Source of the DNA: Lytechinus pictus
Taxonomy: Eukaryota
Assembly: GCF_037042905.1 (NCBI RefSeq)
Contig: NC_087245.1
Location: 39,062,001-39,126,000, forward strand
Length of the DNA: 64,000 nucleotides
Reading direction: 5' to 3'
Positions 11,801-26,073 of the stretch are shown in pieces (the first letter of the stretch is position 1; every line of letters starts with the position of its first letter). Position numbers and translations under genes: made by a program. Below the pieces are notes generated by a model that searched no databases, was not told the DNA's origin, and saw only the letters and a list, made by a program, of their open reading frames with translations.

Positions 11801-14800
11801 AGGTAGTGGAAATGTGGAAATTTAAAATGAAAATTAAAAGAAATTTCCAGAGGTATTTTGTATACCTTACAGCGCTAGAGAAAGTGAATCAAAACTTAGG
11901 AATCGAGATGAGGTTTAATGAAATGCTTTCAAAGATAACATTTTAAGAGATAAAGAAACAAAACGATGTAAAATTGTTAAGTGATACAAATACCATTTAA
12001 ACCTATACGAAACAAAATAAAATTATATACCGATTTCTGTTGAGGCAGTAAAGCTTGAACTTCTTCAAAAGCTATAAGGAGTCTATATTCCCTTATCATA
12101 TTTCAAAATATATTCATCTTAAAATATTGTATATCTTATGAAAATATTAGTCATGTTCAATTTCTACCCTTAATGACGTCGGACAAAGGTGAAGGACGTT
12201 TGGAGAGCACGCATAATATTAAACGGCTTACTCCAGTGAAATGCTTCAAACGAAATGAAAGATCAGAGGAAATATACATGTCTGCTAAATTTTTGATTGT
12301 CTTGAATAGTTGCTTTCGAAAGCTATTTTTCGATTGTCTTTGGCCCGCGCTATTAGTCTGGTAGTCTTAAAATAGCTCAGCACATGAATTAATTTCATTT
12401 CATGTGCTACTTTGATAACTATCACGGAAAGCACTCTCATCGTGGGCGAACGAATATTCTTGATAATTTTATCTGACGCCGTTTATTTTCTTTGTTCCAT
12501 TACAACTCCCCGTCGTATTGTTACCTCAAATCGCAATCTGTGAACTTTGGATGAAGCTAGCTACGAGTATATTTAGTATTAAATCAGCAACCAACATCGA
12601 ATGGTGTGTAATGCCTACCAATGTGATTTATTTTATCGTTATATGAAACCAAACAGATAAAAAATATCATTTCTTTAATGATAGTTAAACACATTTATTA
12701 ATTGAAATTCTTAAAATTGTTTAAATGTGTCCCTTAATAAATCATAGCTGGTAAGATTAACTTCAAGTAAAGTAAATTCAGACTGCTTATTATAAAGTAA
12801 ACCATAGAACATTGAAAGTTTGGAAGTGATATAGTCTAGGAATAATTTATATAAATATCGATATCACGGACTCTTCGATATTTGCCTTGTTAAAAAGTTA
12901 GCAAGGGCTTAAAATGAATAATGTAAAGACATGTCTGCCAAGTCCAATCCGATCACATACTTTCCCCGTTAATACATTCCATAAAATTGTTAATGTCACT
13001 GGCACTAAGACCCTAATTCATACCTTATTGGGTGAAAATATACCGCAGTAACAGCGCGTGAGTCTGGAATTTCCCTTCCATCCAAGATTTTTCTTCCGAA
13101 ATGTGACGTTAAAAGCAGCTTTCGTAAAGATAATGACGTATTCGTTCCATTCGTAGAGTATAAACCGCAGGACCGAGATTCTAAATTTGTGTTCTCTGAT
13201 TGACCACCACGCCCCTGGATATTTCCAGGGTCGCGAATTTCATTCGCAATTTTTCTGAAAATAGATATTTCAATTTTGCTTCAGTTATCTGAATGTTACG
13301 AATAGAATTTGTGTTATTATGCTTAATATCTTGATTACATTGACTTGACATGTTTAAGAAAATAGAACCTTTACATATTATCATAAAAAATAATTTTTAA
13401 AGAAACGCAAATCTCGAGGGTAATGCTTTAGAGGTTGATGAAGTTTTATCCACCTCCATGGGTGATGGGGTGAAGGAAAAATTGACCAGTTTTTAAGAAT
13501 GCCCCTTTTTTCATCAAAATTTCTTGTTAAATTTCTCTGCGATTTGACGTCATGTAGACCCACTTTAAATCACTCCAAACACTTGGTAATTAATCTTTCG
13601 ATGTCAATTTATGGGTAAATCTCGAAACTGGGTCAGAGTGTGCAACACGTGACGAGAGCAACAAAAATTGATGTTAATGAACCAATATTTACCGGCCTGT
13701 TAACAGGTTAATTGCAGGTGGTTGGAAATCTTTCAGCCACTTTGATAAAAATAATACAGGATGACGAGGTTAAGGGAACATTACTTGTTAACTTGAATCA
13801 AGAACTCCATTGGAACTACTGCTTTGTAATAATCTTATTGAATGAATGAGTAAAACATATATAAGAACCTATACTTCATATCAATATTCTGTTTAGTTGT
13901 ATTCGTGATCCAGTGTTCTCTTTCCACAATAACGAAATTGATACTAATTTTGTTCTTAGGCAAATGATTAGTAAATGTCAGTTGAAGTGTGTCTGTCTTC
14001 TGTAATTACCTATCTGACACTTAAATCTGGAATTCATTGTTTTTATGTTGTTCTTGGTGCTCGCTTGGATTTCCGTACATTTTATAGTTCATTTAGAATA
14101 CCTCTTGGTCAATGAAGTTATGACTAAGACGTTTGGGAAGGGCATGTCAGATGTTTCGAGTGAAAATTGACATGGGGGCTTGCACCTGTATCCGTGCATA
14201 TGAGACTTTTTTACATTTTGCTCGTTGGTGGGCATCAGTACTTTCTTGGTGGAAACATTAACGATGAACTAACTTTCGGTGAAACCACAGATGCAGGTGT
14301 TCAGCATGTATATTGGGGATAAAGACATTATAGAGAAAATTGATGAGGGAAAGAGGGGGAGGGGTATGGGAGGGAGGGGGGATGGTAGACTTGAGGGACA
14401 GTCCCCGAACTGTAGTTAACAAGTGGGTCTTGAAACAAGTCTGAAAGTTTTTTTTTCAATAAGCATTCAGTGCGCAAGTTGCAGTCAGTGCCTTTAGGCT
14501 GCGAATTCAGACATTTTTTCTCAAGCGGAAGGGTTTGCACAGCAAACTAGGGAGAGGAGTGGAATGAATCGGGAAGAGGAGAGGAGAGGAGGGGGGGGGG
14601 ATGGGTAGGGTTGAAAATAATGAGAAAGGGAAGGAGAGTTAGAGAGAGAGAGAGAGAGAAGAGGACAAGGGGTGTAAAGAGACAATACGTTACAAAGTTT
14701 TTGAGAATATAATAGAAGATATTAAGTGGGGAGGGAGGGAGTGATTGAGCCCTCCTCAATCGATGTTAAGGGAGTTCAACTTCAGGAACTTACCCGTTCC

Positions 14801-15241
14801 GCTTGATAAGCTCCCGGCCTGTTGATGGCACTTCAAGATTTGGTAACGACCCTGCCCCCTTGTGATTTGCAGCCCTCCCATCTAAACTCTTAACCCGGAC
14901 AATGTTCGACGCTGTATTGATATTGCTAAAACACCACTTAAGCAATTGTTTTTCTTTGATGAAATCCAATGTCGGGGTAAATGCGAAGATACAAAAATTG
15001 CATCCACGTGGGAGGAATATGGGGAAGTCGAATTGTAATGAAGTAGGTCGAGGAGATGATAGGGTTTGAAGCCACGTTGAAAAAAAAAACGACTCTGAAA
15101 AGTGAGAATGAACTGTCACTGCTTAAAAAAGGCACCTGAGCTGTTCTCAAGTTCTGTATAAAAATTGAGGTTTTAACAGATTTTAATTTCAACATTAATT
15201 CATGCTGGGTGACATCAAATCTGAATATCTTTTCTGGATGT

Positions 15242-15432
15242 GGAGGTGCCGTGGCCGAGTGGTCTGAGGCGCCTGACTATATTATAGACATTTGAAAGTC
15301 CGGGGTTCGATCACCGGCTACGGTACGTATTCCCGTGAGCAAGGTATTTAATCGACAGTGCTCTTTTACCTGCATTCAAATAAATTGAATTGCTATATAA
15401 ATGCATTCTAGGTAACTAGGTGTGCATTTGTG
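15242..15432 (+). mobile_element. tRNA-derived SINE
   Basis: A box gtggccgagtgg and B box ggttcgatcacc followed by a non-tRNA body; a related decayed head lies at about 16878-16945. Confidence 0.7.
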
Positions 15433-16056
15433 TTTTTTTTATGTGGATAAAAGTTTGAAAATTTCGATCGTAATAAGCATGCAAATGAACATTAATACAA
15501 GTTATTTCATTAGGTTTTTACAATCTGAAATTTAAAATGCAAACGCCTTGTTATCTACAGACCTCATCGTCACAATCCTACTATCATAACAACGCAGATA
15601 TGATTTTTCAAAGTCTTTTTGTGAGCAAGTGTGATCCAAACATATTGTTGTAGACCCGAGACATTCCAACCATTAAAGCAGAGAAGAAGAAAAAACAAGA
15701 ACCATTCATAACCAGTTTTACCCCAAACGCTTTCCAGGGCATGCAGGTAGATCGTGTTCAGTGCATTCTAAAAAGGATAACCCTTCTTTCCTTGTTTCAC
15801 TTTACACACGAAACAAGACTAAAACATGACTAAAAGAGAGAAAAATAGGAGGGGCGGGACAGTATGAGGTCACTCTCCTCATTCCATGTCCCCCTTTCTC
15901 TTGCTTTGGTCATGAAGTAAGCGAGATAAAGCAAATTTGAAAAGGATAGTGATAACAATTTCATAATATATAGATGAAAAGTAATTACTCTGAAAGTTGA
16001 TAAAAGTTACTCGTGTTCATGACCATAGAGATAAACTCCATACCATGACCAATGAC

Positions 16057-16383
16057 CAGTGGCGTACCTAGGATTTTCCACAGGGGGGGGGGGCAAAATC
16101 GGCCGCCAAAAAATTTGACAAGCAAAAAAAAAAAAAAAAAAAAAAAGGTCTTCAATAAAAAAATATAGGTATTCGTACCAGAAAAAAATTTGACAAGCAA
16201 AAAAAGAAAAAAAAAGGTCTTCAGGAGGGGTAGTAAAGGTCTTAAAGCTCGTCAGGGGGGGGGGGCAATAAAGGTCTTCAAGCTCGTCAGGGGGGGCAGG
16301 TATATGTCTTTTGTATGGGTTGTTGCTCGTCAGGGGGGCAGAGTGCCCCCCTGCCCCCCCCCCCCCCCGTAGGTACGATAGTG
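16057..16383. mobile_element. Non-autonomous hAT-type element
   Basis: TIR cagtggcgtaccta / taggtacgatagtg, exact 8-bp target-site duplication CCAATGAC (16049-16056 and 16384-16391), internal tandem repeats with poly-A and poly-G runs. Confidence 0.85.
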
Positions 16384-17133
16384 CCAATGACACATTGACA
16401 TGTCTGAATACAAGCGATGATCTGGGGTTGGATGGAGCGGGTTTGCTACCCTCTGGAATTTTGAATTCTCGTACATCAGCGAATTGGGGAGGGGCTCGTC
16501 TCGTCCCCCTCCTCGAGTCCTCTGCAGTCGTTGCGAATATTATCAAGATAATCATGGCTGCGCATGAATTTGTATTGCAAACTTGCAAAAGTGGTGAAGA
16601 TTGAATAATATAAAAGACCTTTTGAAGTACAACTATATCATCATATCGAAACATTGCAATTTTCTCTCGGATACTTAGAGTTGGCACGAGTCTAATTTGC
16701 CAATTTTGGTTCGGTCAAGCAGGCAGCCAACCAGCCGGCCGGTATACTAGTACTTTATACCGTGATGATTCGACATCATCAAATTGTTCAGAATCACCCA
16801 ATCATTCTGAATGAGATTTTAAAGCTAAAAATCCTGAAACAGCACTATAGTATTCATCGACAAAGTATCATCCTTATAGGGTGTCGTGGCCGAGTGATCT
16901 AAGGCGCTTGACGACAAAAAGGGGTAAGGGTTTCATTCCCAAGACGAACCTTGGGTTAGGTCTTTTTTATATCTTACATCAAATAAATGAAAGTGCTTTA
17001 TTATTGGTATCAATGTTAGCTCGTTTGAAAAGAAAAGAATCAAAATTTGCAACTCTCCATAAAAAAAAACCCTCTGGGACCCGCAACCAAGGTCCATTGC
17101 TCTGCAAGAATATCGATGTTGGTATTACCACAC

Positions 17134-18512
17134 TGTTTGTTTGTTTTGTTTGTTTATTTATTATCCGATTATTAAAAAAAAAACATGAAATATAAATTAC
17201 ATAAATACATAACATAAATGGCATTAATAGAAATAAACAAAATGAATTGCAAATGAATAGATAGAATAAAATAATCGAAAGGATTGCCCATTTCAGAGTT
17301 ATTGACATAAATCACTCTGGTCTTCCATGGGGTCCATAAAAAATACATTAAAATAGTTTACATTGCAATACAAGGAAAATTTGATATTAAAAAAAAAAAA
17401 AAAAAAAAAAAGTGCGAAAGAAAAAAAACATATATATGTATAAAACATATAAGTGAATGTATCAATTAACAACCCCCACCAACAATACATATTATCAAAC
17501 CAAAACCTACTTTATCACCCCCCCCCCCCCTCTGTGTGAGCAGCAATAGAGATGCTAACATATGTGGTTTATAAATCAACCAAGTATTCATCTATTAGTC
17601 TATTGAATTCCTTAAGTGTGCCAGATTGGCGAATTCTTATCGGTAATTCATTGTATAACACAGTTGCACGATACATAAAAGTTCGTTTGCAATTGTTGGT
17701 TCGCGGTTTAGGAAGAGCCAACAGGCCTGACGTTCTGAAGTTATATTTGTTTTCCTTAATAACAAAGTTCTCCTTCATATACCCAGGAGCCAAATCATGC
17801 ATTATTTTATACATAAATGATAACATGTGTCTCTTTCTTCGCTACATAGTTGTTCCCAGTCCAGCAGACTATGAAGTTCAGAAATAGATTTATGTTCATA
17901 TGGGTTTATGCCTAAAATTATTCTAGATGCTCTGTTTTGGAGTTTTTGAAGTTGTTCTAACAAAGTCATACTGGTGGATTGCCAGACTACATCAGCATAG
18001 TCAAAATGAGGTAAAACAACAGTGTTGTATATTATATTCAAGTTTGAAGTACTCATAAAGTGTCTAAGTCTACATAAGAAATTTATCATTTTTCCTATCT
18101 TCTTACACATGTTATCTACCTGCAGATTCCATTTCAATTCTGAGTCAACAAGAACACCGAGATATTTGAAACTTTTAACTTGAGTTAAGCGAACACCATT
18201 TAAGTTTAAATCTATACAACCATTCTTAGTAAGCATTTTTTTCGAGCCTATCAACATACAAACAGTTTTGTCACAATTTATTCTTAACTTGTTTTTCTTC
18301 ATCCACGATTCCAGTACTTTCAATTCCTTATTCATTGTTGTTTGTAAAACTTGTGGTTCTTCATGTGAAAAATATACCACAGAATCGTCTGCATATAAAT
18401 GTACAGAACATTTGTTGAAACATTTGGGTAAATCGTTTATAAATATAAGGAACAACAGTGGACCTAATAAGGACCCTTGTGGAACACCGAATTTGAGAGG
18501 CTGTTCCTCACT
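17134..18512 (-). mobile_element. 5'-truncated LINE (L2/CR1 group, Crack/Daphne-like): RT C-terminal half, 3' UTR and (AAAC)n tail
   Basis: GVPQGSLLGPLLFLIFINDL, LYADD and FKYLGV reverse-transcriptase motifs; frameshift near 17826; tail aataaataaacaaacaaaacaaac. Confidence 0.92.
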
Positions 18513-21500
18513 ATAGAGAAGTGCTGAAATAGGTGTATGAAAAACAGTGTCCAGTCGGTGTTATAGGTTAATATATATATTTTTTTTAAATTTAAACATT
18601 TATCCGGTGTGGTCATGGACAGAAAACGGGGTCAATAGGACTTTTTTTCAGTGTAGAAGAAGAAGTATCACTAAATGGCAAAAATTGCCTCAAAGCATGC
18701 CCTAGCTGTCAGGAAAATATATGGCAAGTTCAAAGATGGAAGATCAACCAGAGCTCTGGGGTGGTCATCGTGCTCCTAGCGACCATGACGATGGAAGAAA
18801 GGAGGCGAGGGTTCATGGTTTATTGATTTTTATATTAATCCATCGGAAATTGGCCCGATTTCCCGCGCAAATTACCCCAAAGCGCGCCCAGGGATAGGGG
18901 AGTGTAGATAACCAACAACCTGCCAATCCTAGGCTCTGCGGTCGCCATCAAATTTCGTCTTTGTCATTTATGACCACAGTTCTTACGCTGAAACTTCCAA
19001 ACATTGGTATACTTGTAAATGGCGACCAGAAGTTGTGGATTTGTTGTGAAACTCTTCGGTTATGGTATTTTTGGGATAGAGAGTTGTTCGTCATCACGAA
19101 AAGACATAGAAGTGAGAGTAGTGGGTTGGTGTAAAACCGACACCTTGAATTAATTGAAGCCACCTCCTTTTACTGGGCGGTGGATGCATGTTGGAGTAAT
19201 TATGGCCGGGATTTTACCGAATGGCGTCATTGACCTCACACGAACATGCCCCAAAATGTGAATTGAATGTCGCATTCAAAGTTTCTTGATATACATCTAT
19301 ATAGATACTTTGCCATAAAGCGTTTCACTCAGAAGAATTAGTAGATGCATCTTTTAAAAGAACTTTTTAGAGTTCTTTGAGATGAGAAAAACATTGTGAG
19401 TATTCGTCTTTCATTTTCGCATTGAGGTTTCCGAGAAAAAAAAATCGATTTGTTTTACATCAATAGAAAAAAGTAATGAACCGTATAAGCAATCTTTTTC
19501 GGTTTAATGAGTGATAAATCCTTCTCCAAAATTAATGTAAATATAAAGACTGACTTGTAATAGAGGAATTAAAGACAATGTAGATGGTGTATATTAGTCA
19601 TAAAGTTGCCTCACATTATGATTTCTGACGACTTTCAGGGCTAAACATTATATTTCTTCTTTATCACGACACCCTATTTATATGATTTCATAATTAATAA
19701 ACAGGATATCCTCTTCAACAACATAAGTGCGACCAAATGTTCTGCTCTTAACTATGTTGCTTTGGCAGCTGCTAAAACCTCAACATTATTAAGCTACCAT
19801 ACCTTAAAATATTCCTCAACCTTGCCCGCCATTGCACCGGCCCCATCAAAACTATCTTGGCGTCGTGCCAAATTGTGAAGCCACACATTTCCGATGTTAC
19901 TCAAACTAATAAAATTCTGTAATTTTCCTCTAACAAAATAGAATTTTTGTATGCATTTGACTAAATTTAGCTAAAGTTATGACGTCAATATTTGACCTGT
20001 TGTCGGGGTTCGGGCCCATCTCTGTCTTGACTGTCAACAGCCGTATCACTGATTAAACAGCCTTGTCTTGAGCTGGTATAGAATGACAGGACCTTGATTA
20101 GCCCCAGGTGATCCCTTAACTTGCCCCGGTGCCACAACTACCCCTCCGAGAGACACGGTGCTCGTTCCCTCGATTCATTTATAGCACTGAGCAGAGTTTG
20201 TGTTTCTTTTTTTCTTCCTTATCGCCAAGTTCATCTTTACGGCTACCATAAAGCAGAAAGTTATAATTACCGCTAAAAACGCCTTCTTCGTTGGTTTTGT
20301 TTTTGTTGCTGCTCTTTTATCTCTTCCCGCTATATAATTGGTGCTGATAGTTTTGTAAGAAATATAAAAAAATTGCTAAATTCCCAGGGTTTAAAAATCT
20401 TCAAGTAATAAAAAAGAACGAATGATGCATCAAATGATGGTGTTTTTAATAAGCTGCATGTGAAATTAAAAACATGGTTTTCTTTAGTGATCATGAAAAG
20501 GAGTTACAAAATGGATCCTAAAAAATAATGCATTATGATTTTGCTTATTATAAACGCGTTAATTCACGAGGAATCCACATAATAACACACACCCAAAATA
20601 AACGGAGCAAAATTAAATATTTTCCGTTCAGGAATTTATTCAATAAACTTTTACCGTGCACTCGGCGCTGCTTCGGGCAAGTTAGAACTGTTCCAGAGTG
20701 CCTCGTGAGTGCAATTCTTACTAATGTCATCGCACTGAGATGATATACATCTATTCTTTTATCATTTTAAGTCAATATAGATATTAGTTATATAGATATG
20801 AGAGATAAATGGTGTGAATAAATAATTACTATCCATAGCTTTGTGATCGATGATTTTTAAAGTCTGATAACATTAATCCCAAATGGTGTCATTTTTCACC
20901 CTTTAATGATTTTCACAAGATGGTCGACGCTTGATACGAAGCTGATGGCAATACATGACGACATGACGAGTAGCTGTTACGGCTTCCTTCGCGAGCCGGC
21001 GAAATTTGTCCCAAATTTCCGATTTGAAACCAAACACAGTAGATTCAGATCAATAAATTCGCTTTAAATGTCTGTTCTTTATACCTCAAAAGATAAGTGG
21101 TGACGCGGCGACCTAAATATATTTTCTTAACATTCGATAGTTTCAAGCACGTTCAATGGGTGGGAGAAAACGCAATGGTAATAGTGTTCCTTGTCGGTGG
21201 TTTCGGATTAAAGTAGAATACAAAGATTAGAAATAGATCGAGATCCGTTTGAAATATAGGACACATTATACAGGTCATCTTTCCAGATCAGGACAGGTGG
21301 ACTGTGAGTGAACTTGTCGTAACCTTATTTGGCGCGAAAATTTATTTGCTGCGTTGAATGTGAGCACGGGAATGGATCAAGACAAAAGTGGTATCAAAAT
21401 AGATAATAGGTTATACTTTTGGCGTGAGAGATTACATCAGTCTTCATCGTGAGGTATATATAGAGCCTTTAAAAGGAGAACCAAAGAAAATGATCCCAAA

Positions 21501-21915
21501 CTTATCAGAATCTATACCCACAAAAGGAGAAAATGCGATTGAAGTGATTTTTTATTGTGCCTTGAATTAGTCCAGTGCCGTGATATTCAAAAGCTAAGAA
21601 AATTCGATTAATAATAGCCATAATAATATTGATTTATATAGCTCCGTAAGAGCTCCTGAAATGCTTGGAAAACAAAAAATAAAATAAAAAAGGAAACAAA
21701 TGTTTATTATATATATTTATTGTCTAAAAGTATTGTTATTATTATTATTTCTTTAAATCGGACTTGAATATAGAATCAATGGTCTATGGATCCGTGATGA
21801 ACGAAGAAGAAAGTAAAGTAGGCTTCCACGAATTTACGACTGGGGATGGAATTGACCTATTTGAAGCTTAGGATCATGTGTCATCAATTAATTGAATTCA
21901 TACGAGATGATATTA

Positions 21916-22779
21916 TGACGTCAGGAGATGAAATTGAATATGGTCCATAGAGATGGCCAATATTAGACCTGGAATCAAGTGGTCAAGGATTTTTTTTTCG
22001 GTTTGAGGTCAAAATGAGATCATAATATACTACCTGAAGACGGTTTTGCTCCTGTGGAGAGGGAATGAAAAGCAACATCAGTGGAGGTATTTTTAGAACG
22101 TAGAGATGACGTTGGACTGTTTCTGGTGTGAAAATTGAATTATAATAGATGACCGGCCGGATGGCAATTGGTCAATTGGGTTTGTTATCATATGACGTCA
22201 TCTTGCACGATGATGTCATAATCATGGATCCCTTTATAACTACGAATATGCGCCTTATGGTATGCAGCATGAGAGAAACATAAATAGGGGGAATACTAAT
22301 CATTATTCAGTACAGTTTCTTTCCTTTTCTTAACTCTCTTATTTATTAATCGCTTCTTTCTATCTGCCCCTCTCTCGGGATATCATCTTTCCATTTCACT
22401 TTTCTTTCTCCCTTTCCTCCTTCTTTCTTCCTTACCTCTTCCCTTGTTTAATCATGTTTTGTTTCATAAAATTCACTTTTATTGATAATTTCCATTTAAC
22501 ATTATTTTGTCATTATCCTACAAAATGTGTATGCTAGTTATGAAAAAAGGGATTCAAGATTTATTTTTTATTTTTTTTAATAATAATGAATATAATATAA
22601 GTCAAGTGTTATCATCTATGACGTCAAAACGGCAACTCTTATCGACGAGCGCTTGTTTTTAGTAATGAAGAATGACTGGTGGTTGATCAGTCATAATACT
22701 ATAAGACAGTGGGTTTCGTGGGTGAGTGAAGATGGCAACATATTTTTTTGAGATTGAAGATGACACAACCTTGACGTCA
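21916..22779. promoter_or_regulatory. Cluster of four perfect CRE palindromes (TGACGTCA)
   Basis: Sites at 21916, 22193, 22619 and 22772, plus TGATGTCA at 22211; further sites at 13545 and 19980. Confidence 0.45.
22665..22721 (+). CDS. Candidate alternative first coding exon B (MKNDWWLISHNTIRQWVSW)
   Basis: ATG plus 19 open codons ending at a strong TGG|gtgagt donor in phase 0, compatible with the acceptor at 23295. Confidence 0.3.
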
Positions 22780-23294
22780 GATTCACAGAACTTCAGCTTC
22801 TGAATATTAAGCGGCTTCCGACGGCAGAAAGCCGCACAGCTAGGTTAATGGTCTAGTCATAATGAATGTCCTAATTAAGAACTCATTTTACAACGATATA
22901 GGTGAAGCGAATTCCACGATTTCCTTTTGGGATGATTATTCTAATTGGTATTTTCCAGGAGCAAGTTCAGTTTATATCTTCCATATATAAATATAGATTA
23001 TGTTCTCAAGAAGTATCATACATTCGGTGTAATTTGTGTTGAGGGGAATTCAGAAGGCGGCCTTTTAAGTGAACGTGATGGCCCATATTGCTAGTAGTAA
23101 TCCAAATTTGTCGGTATGATCAAACGTTAAGAATCATTTGCATTTCAATAATGATTGTTTTATAATAATGATAATAAAGGTGTATATCCCCACTCTCTCT
23201 CTCTTGTTAAAACGATATTCGCAAGTCTTGACTTTTTGTTATTTCAGTTTCATGTTCTGACATGCTATTCCTATTATCTTAACTTTCTTCACAG

Positions 23295-23570
23295 ATGATT
23301 CTGGGAGAGTTGCGGGTTCGAACCGATATCCGACAGAAGCAGATCCAGCAGGAAAATCTCCCGCCCTCATCGGCGGCACAGCGACCAACCAGCCCCAACG
23401 GGAACTACCCCCAGAATGGCAACGGAGGGTTACACCCCAACCACGCCCACCAAAGGAGGGCTGGACCACCTGTATCGCAGAAACCACTTGGGTACGGTGC
23501 TATCGGAGCTATGAACGGGGCTCGAACCGATAGGTCACAGATACCGACCAGCAAGCCGCAGGTGGATGAT
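23295..23570 (+). CDS. Exon: Pro/Gly/Asn-rich linker (MILGELRVR...KPQVDD)
   Basis: ctttcttcacag acceptor, GAT|gtaagt donor, 276 nt, phase 0-0, GC-richer than flanks. Confidence 0.85.
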
Positions 23571-24544
23571 GTAAGTCTGAAAAGAACATTTTCATTTTTT
23601 TTAAATTCAACCTTTCAGCTAAAGCTATCATGCAATAATTCAAGTATTCAACGACTTATGAATCCCATTGGATCATTTATTAATTTGGGCGTTATCCTTC
23701 GAACGTCGGCCGTGATTTATACTGTTCAAAAGTATTTGTTTTTTAATCCTTTAAATGAAAAATTAATTTTCCAGTATTGAATATGTGTTTTAGATATAGA
23801 AAGTAAACAAAAGAAAAATTATACACTGATGGCTTATTCGGACCACTCACACTCATATCTAGAAGAGAGAGAGAGAAAGAAAGACGGGGATGGGGGAAGG
23901 TGGAGGAAATCAGAAAACTATATTTATGGAAGATTAATGCAGTCAAAGTATTCCTGCGCTTAAGCGTTTAAATATGTCTTTATAAAAAAATAAACGCTCA
24001 AGTAAACAGAACAAGCAAGGAGAGAGAAGAAAGAGAGAGAGAGGGTGCTATATATATATTTTAACATTTGCACTATTTTTCATAATAACATTGTTCATAT
24101 AATAATAAGGATTTGTCATGTTTTGTATAATGCTAATGATACTCATTTGATATAAAACGTTCTATGTAAAACTCCGCAATAGTATTCATTGCTGTGCTAT
24201 CATAATTAAAAACTTGTACTATACCTCGCACGCTGATATAAATGTAATTATTCTTTGACAGTAGCTTATTGTTTTATTTCATTCTTGCATGTAAATCATC
24301 TTAATTCTAATTGCAGCTTTATGCATGCACTCAAAATTCAGTTGTCACTTTTGACATATTTCCCCCCTTTTTTTCATTAACATACTTTGCACATTTTTTT
24401 CATATTCACTGTTACACCATTGTCGACTAACCCCAAAATTAGTGCGTGAATAGGAACAGGCAAAAAAAAAACAGTGCTAGGCGTGCATGACTGAAAATGA
24501 AAGAAAACAAAAATGGGACGAAAGAACCTAGAGCTGAAGATGAC

Positions 24545-24716
24545 TGTGTGTATTTGAGTTTTGTCAGACGTGTATCAATCAGATATGATTATTTACGTCT
24601 GGGACCGACCTTTAACGTCACCATCCGAAAGACGTGACTAGGGCTCGAACCTCGAACCTCTGCATCAATTTGTAACTTCCTCACAGCTTGGATTACAGGC
24701 GCACGCCACAACGCCC
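24545..24716 (-). mobile_element. SINE with 7SL RNA-like 5' head, B-box-like motif, Meta-like central domain and (CA)n tail
   Basis: Minus strand: gggcgttgtggcgtgcgcctgtaatccaagct...ggttcgagccc...gtctttcggatggtgacgttaaaggtcggtccc...aaatacacaca. Confidence 0.7.
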
Positions 24717-26073
24717 ACAACTGAACTAATGTCTGAAAAGGGTATATTTCATAACCGCATTAAGAATTTAGTTCGGGGCTACTTAATTGAAAAAGGAAAA
24801 AGAAATGAAATGGTAAATGTAAAATATGGGGCTTGTAGCGAAAGAACGGGATTATTAAGGAAAGGATATCGCTAAGAAATCGAATCTAAAAAAGCAGAAG
24901 AAATAGCTTATTACCATCATTTATATCCTCTTACTAACACATGATATTAATGTTTGGGTGGTCTTTAGGAAGCAGTTAAGCATCGATCCAGATTTCATAA
25001 ATTTGCACGGAATTGTTCAATTTTCGTTCAGCATTAATTTTTAGCAATACCAGTTTTCACTACCACATGAAGAGAACCTAATCATTTTGTCTCCGAGAAT
25101 AAAAATCAACACGCACCCAAAAATGAAGGTATAAAACTTGTTGCCAGGGGACACCTGCCCCTGTGCCCCCATGGATCCGCACAGTGCTTTAGTTAGAAAT
25201 AATTCAATTATTTCTCTTTGAATGGCACATTTTCATCACTCTTCTTGACTAACATCACTGCTCCCAAACTATGTATTTTGACTATTTTCATAATTATGAT
25301 TTTGTTTTTGCATGTTTAGAGAAATAGCCATGAAAACTGGGATGTGGTATACTAATAAAAGAATATCAATAAATATAAGTCAACAATGCATAACCATATA
25401 CTAGACAGAGATTAATCACCTTGCCACACATCTTTTAGTTAAATAAGAGTTACGCCTATCATCCCTATATAGATTTAAAAAAACGAAACACTGCAAACGA
25501 ATACATTCATGCACATTTAAGGCAAAAATTCTACTTTATTTAGCTCTTTATAGTGGCTAGTTCGATGACACTTTTTTTCTTATACTTTAAACTCATCTGT
25601 TATACCATTATGATAAAAATGCTTGAATGATATTCAATAAATTGTCTTCTTAAAACGATTAAAGTATTGCTGGGCAAATATAACAAGTGCATGGGAAATA
25701 CGCACAACACAAAAGTAAAATAATGTTACGTAATTTTATCGAAAGTATCTTGTACGTGCTTTCGCCAGCTATCAAGTTTTATTTTAGATGTACCGTACTT
25801 ATGTTTTCCTTAAACTATCACTTTCTCGGCTTCGCTGACGAAAGATAAATGTACTTCGCCTCGGAAATATCACTTACTCCCAGCTGCACACCATAAACTA
25901 TCGGCAATTAGACCTTATCGCTTCATCACTTTAAAGATCGCTGCAAAGCTAATATGAGCATATAGATTTCTCATACACTGCAGCATTAACCAGATATTAA
26001 ATAGTAATAATAATTAAAAAAAATTCCAGCGATGAGAATTTGTATAGTAACAGCTGTTGCCTGACATATCAAC

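Noticed and set aside
16007..16687. 226-aa minus-strand ORF as a nested gene
   Set aside because: Half of it runs through a hAT-type element with homopolymer runs; no recognisable domain or convincing splice sites.
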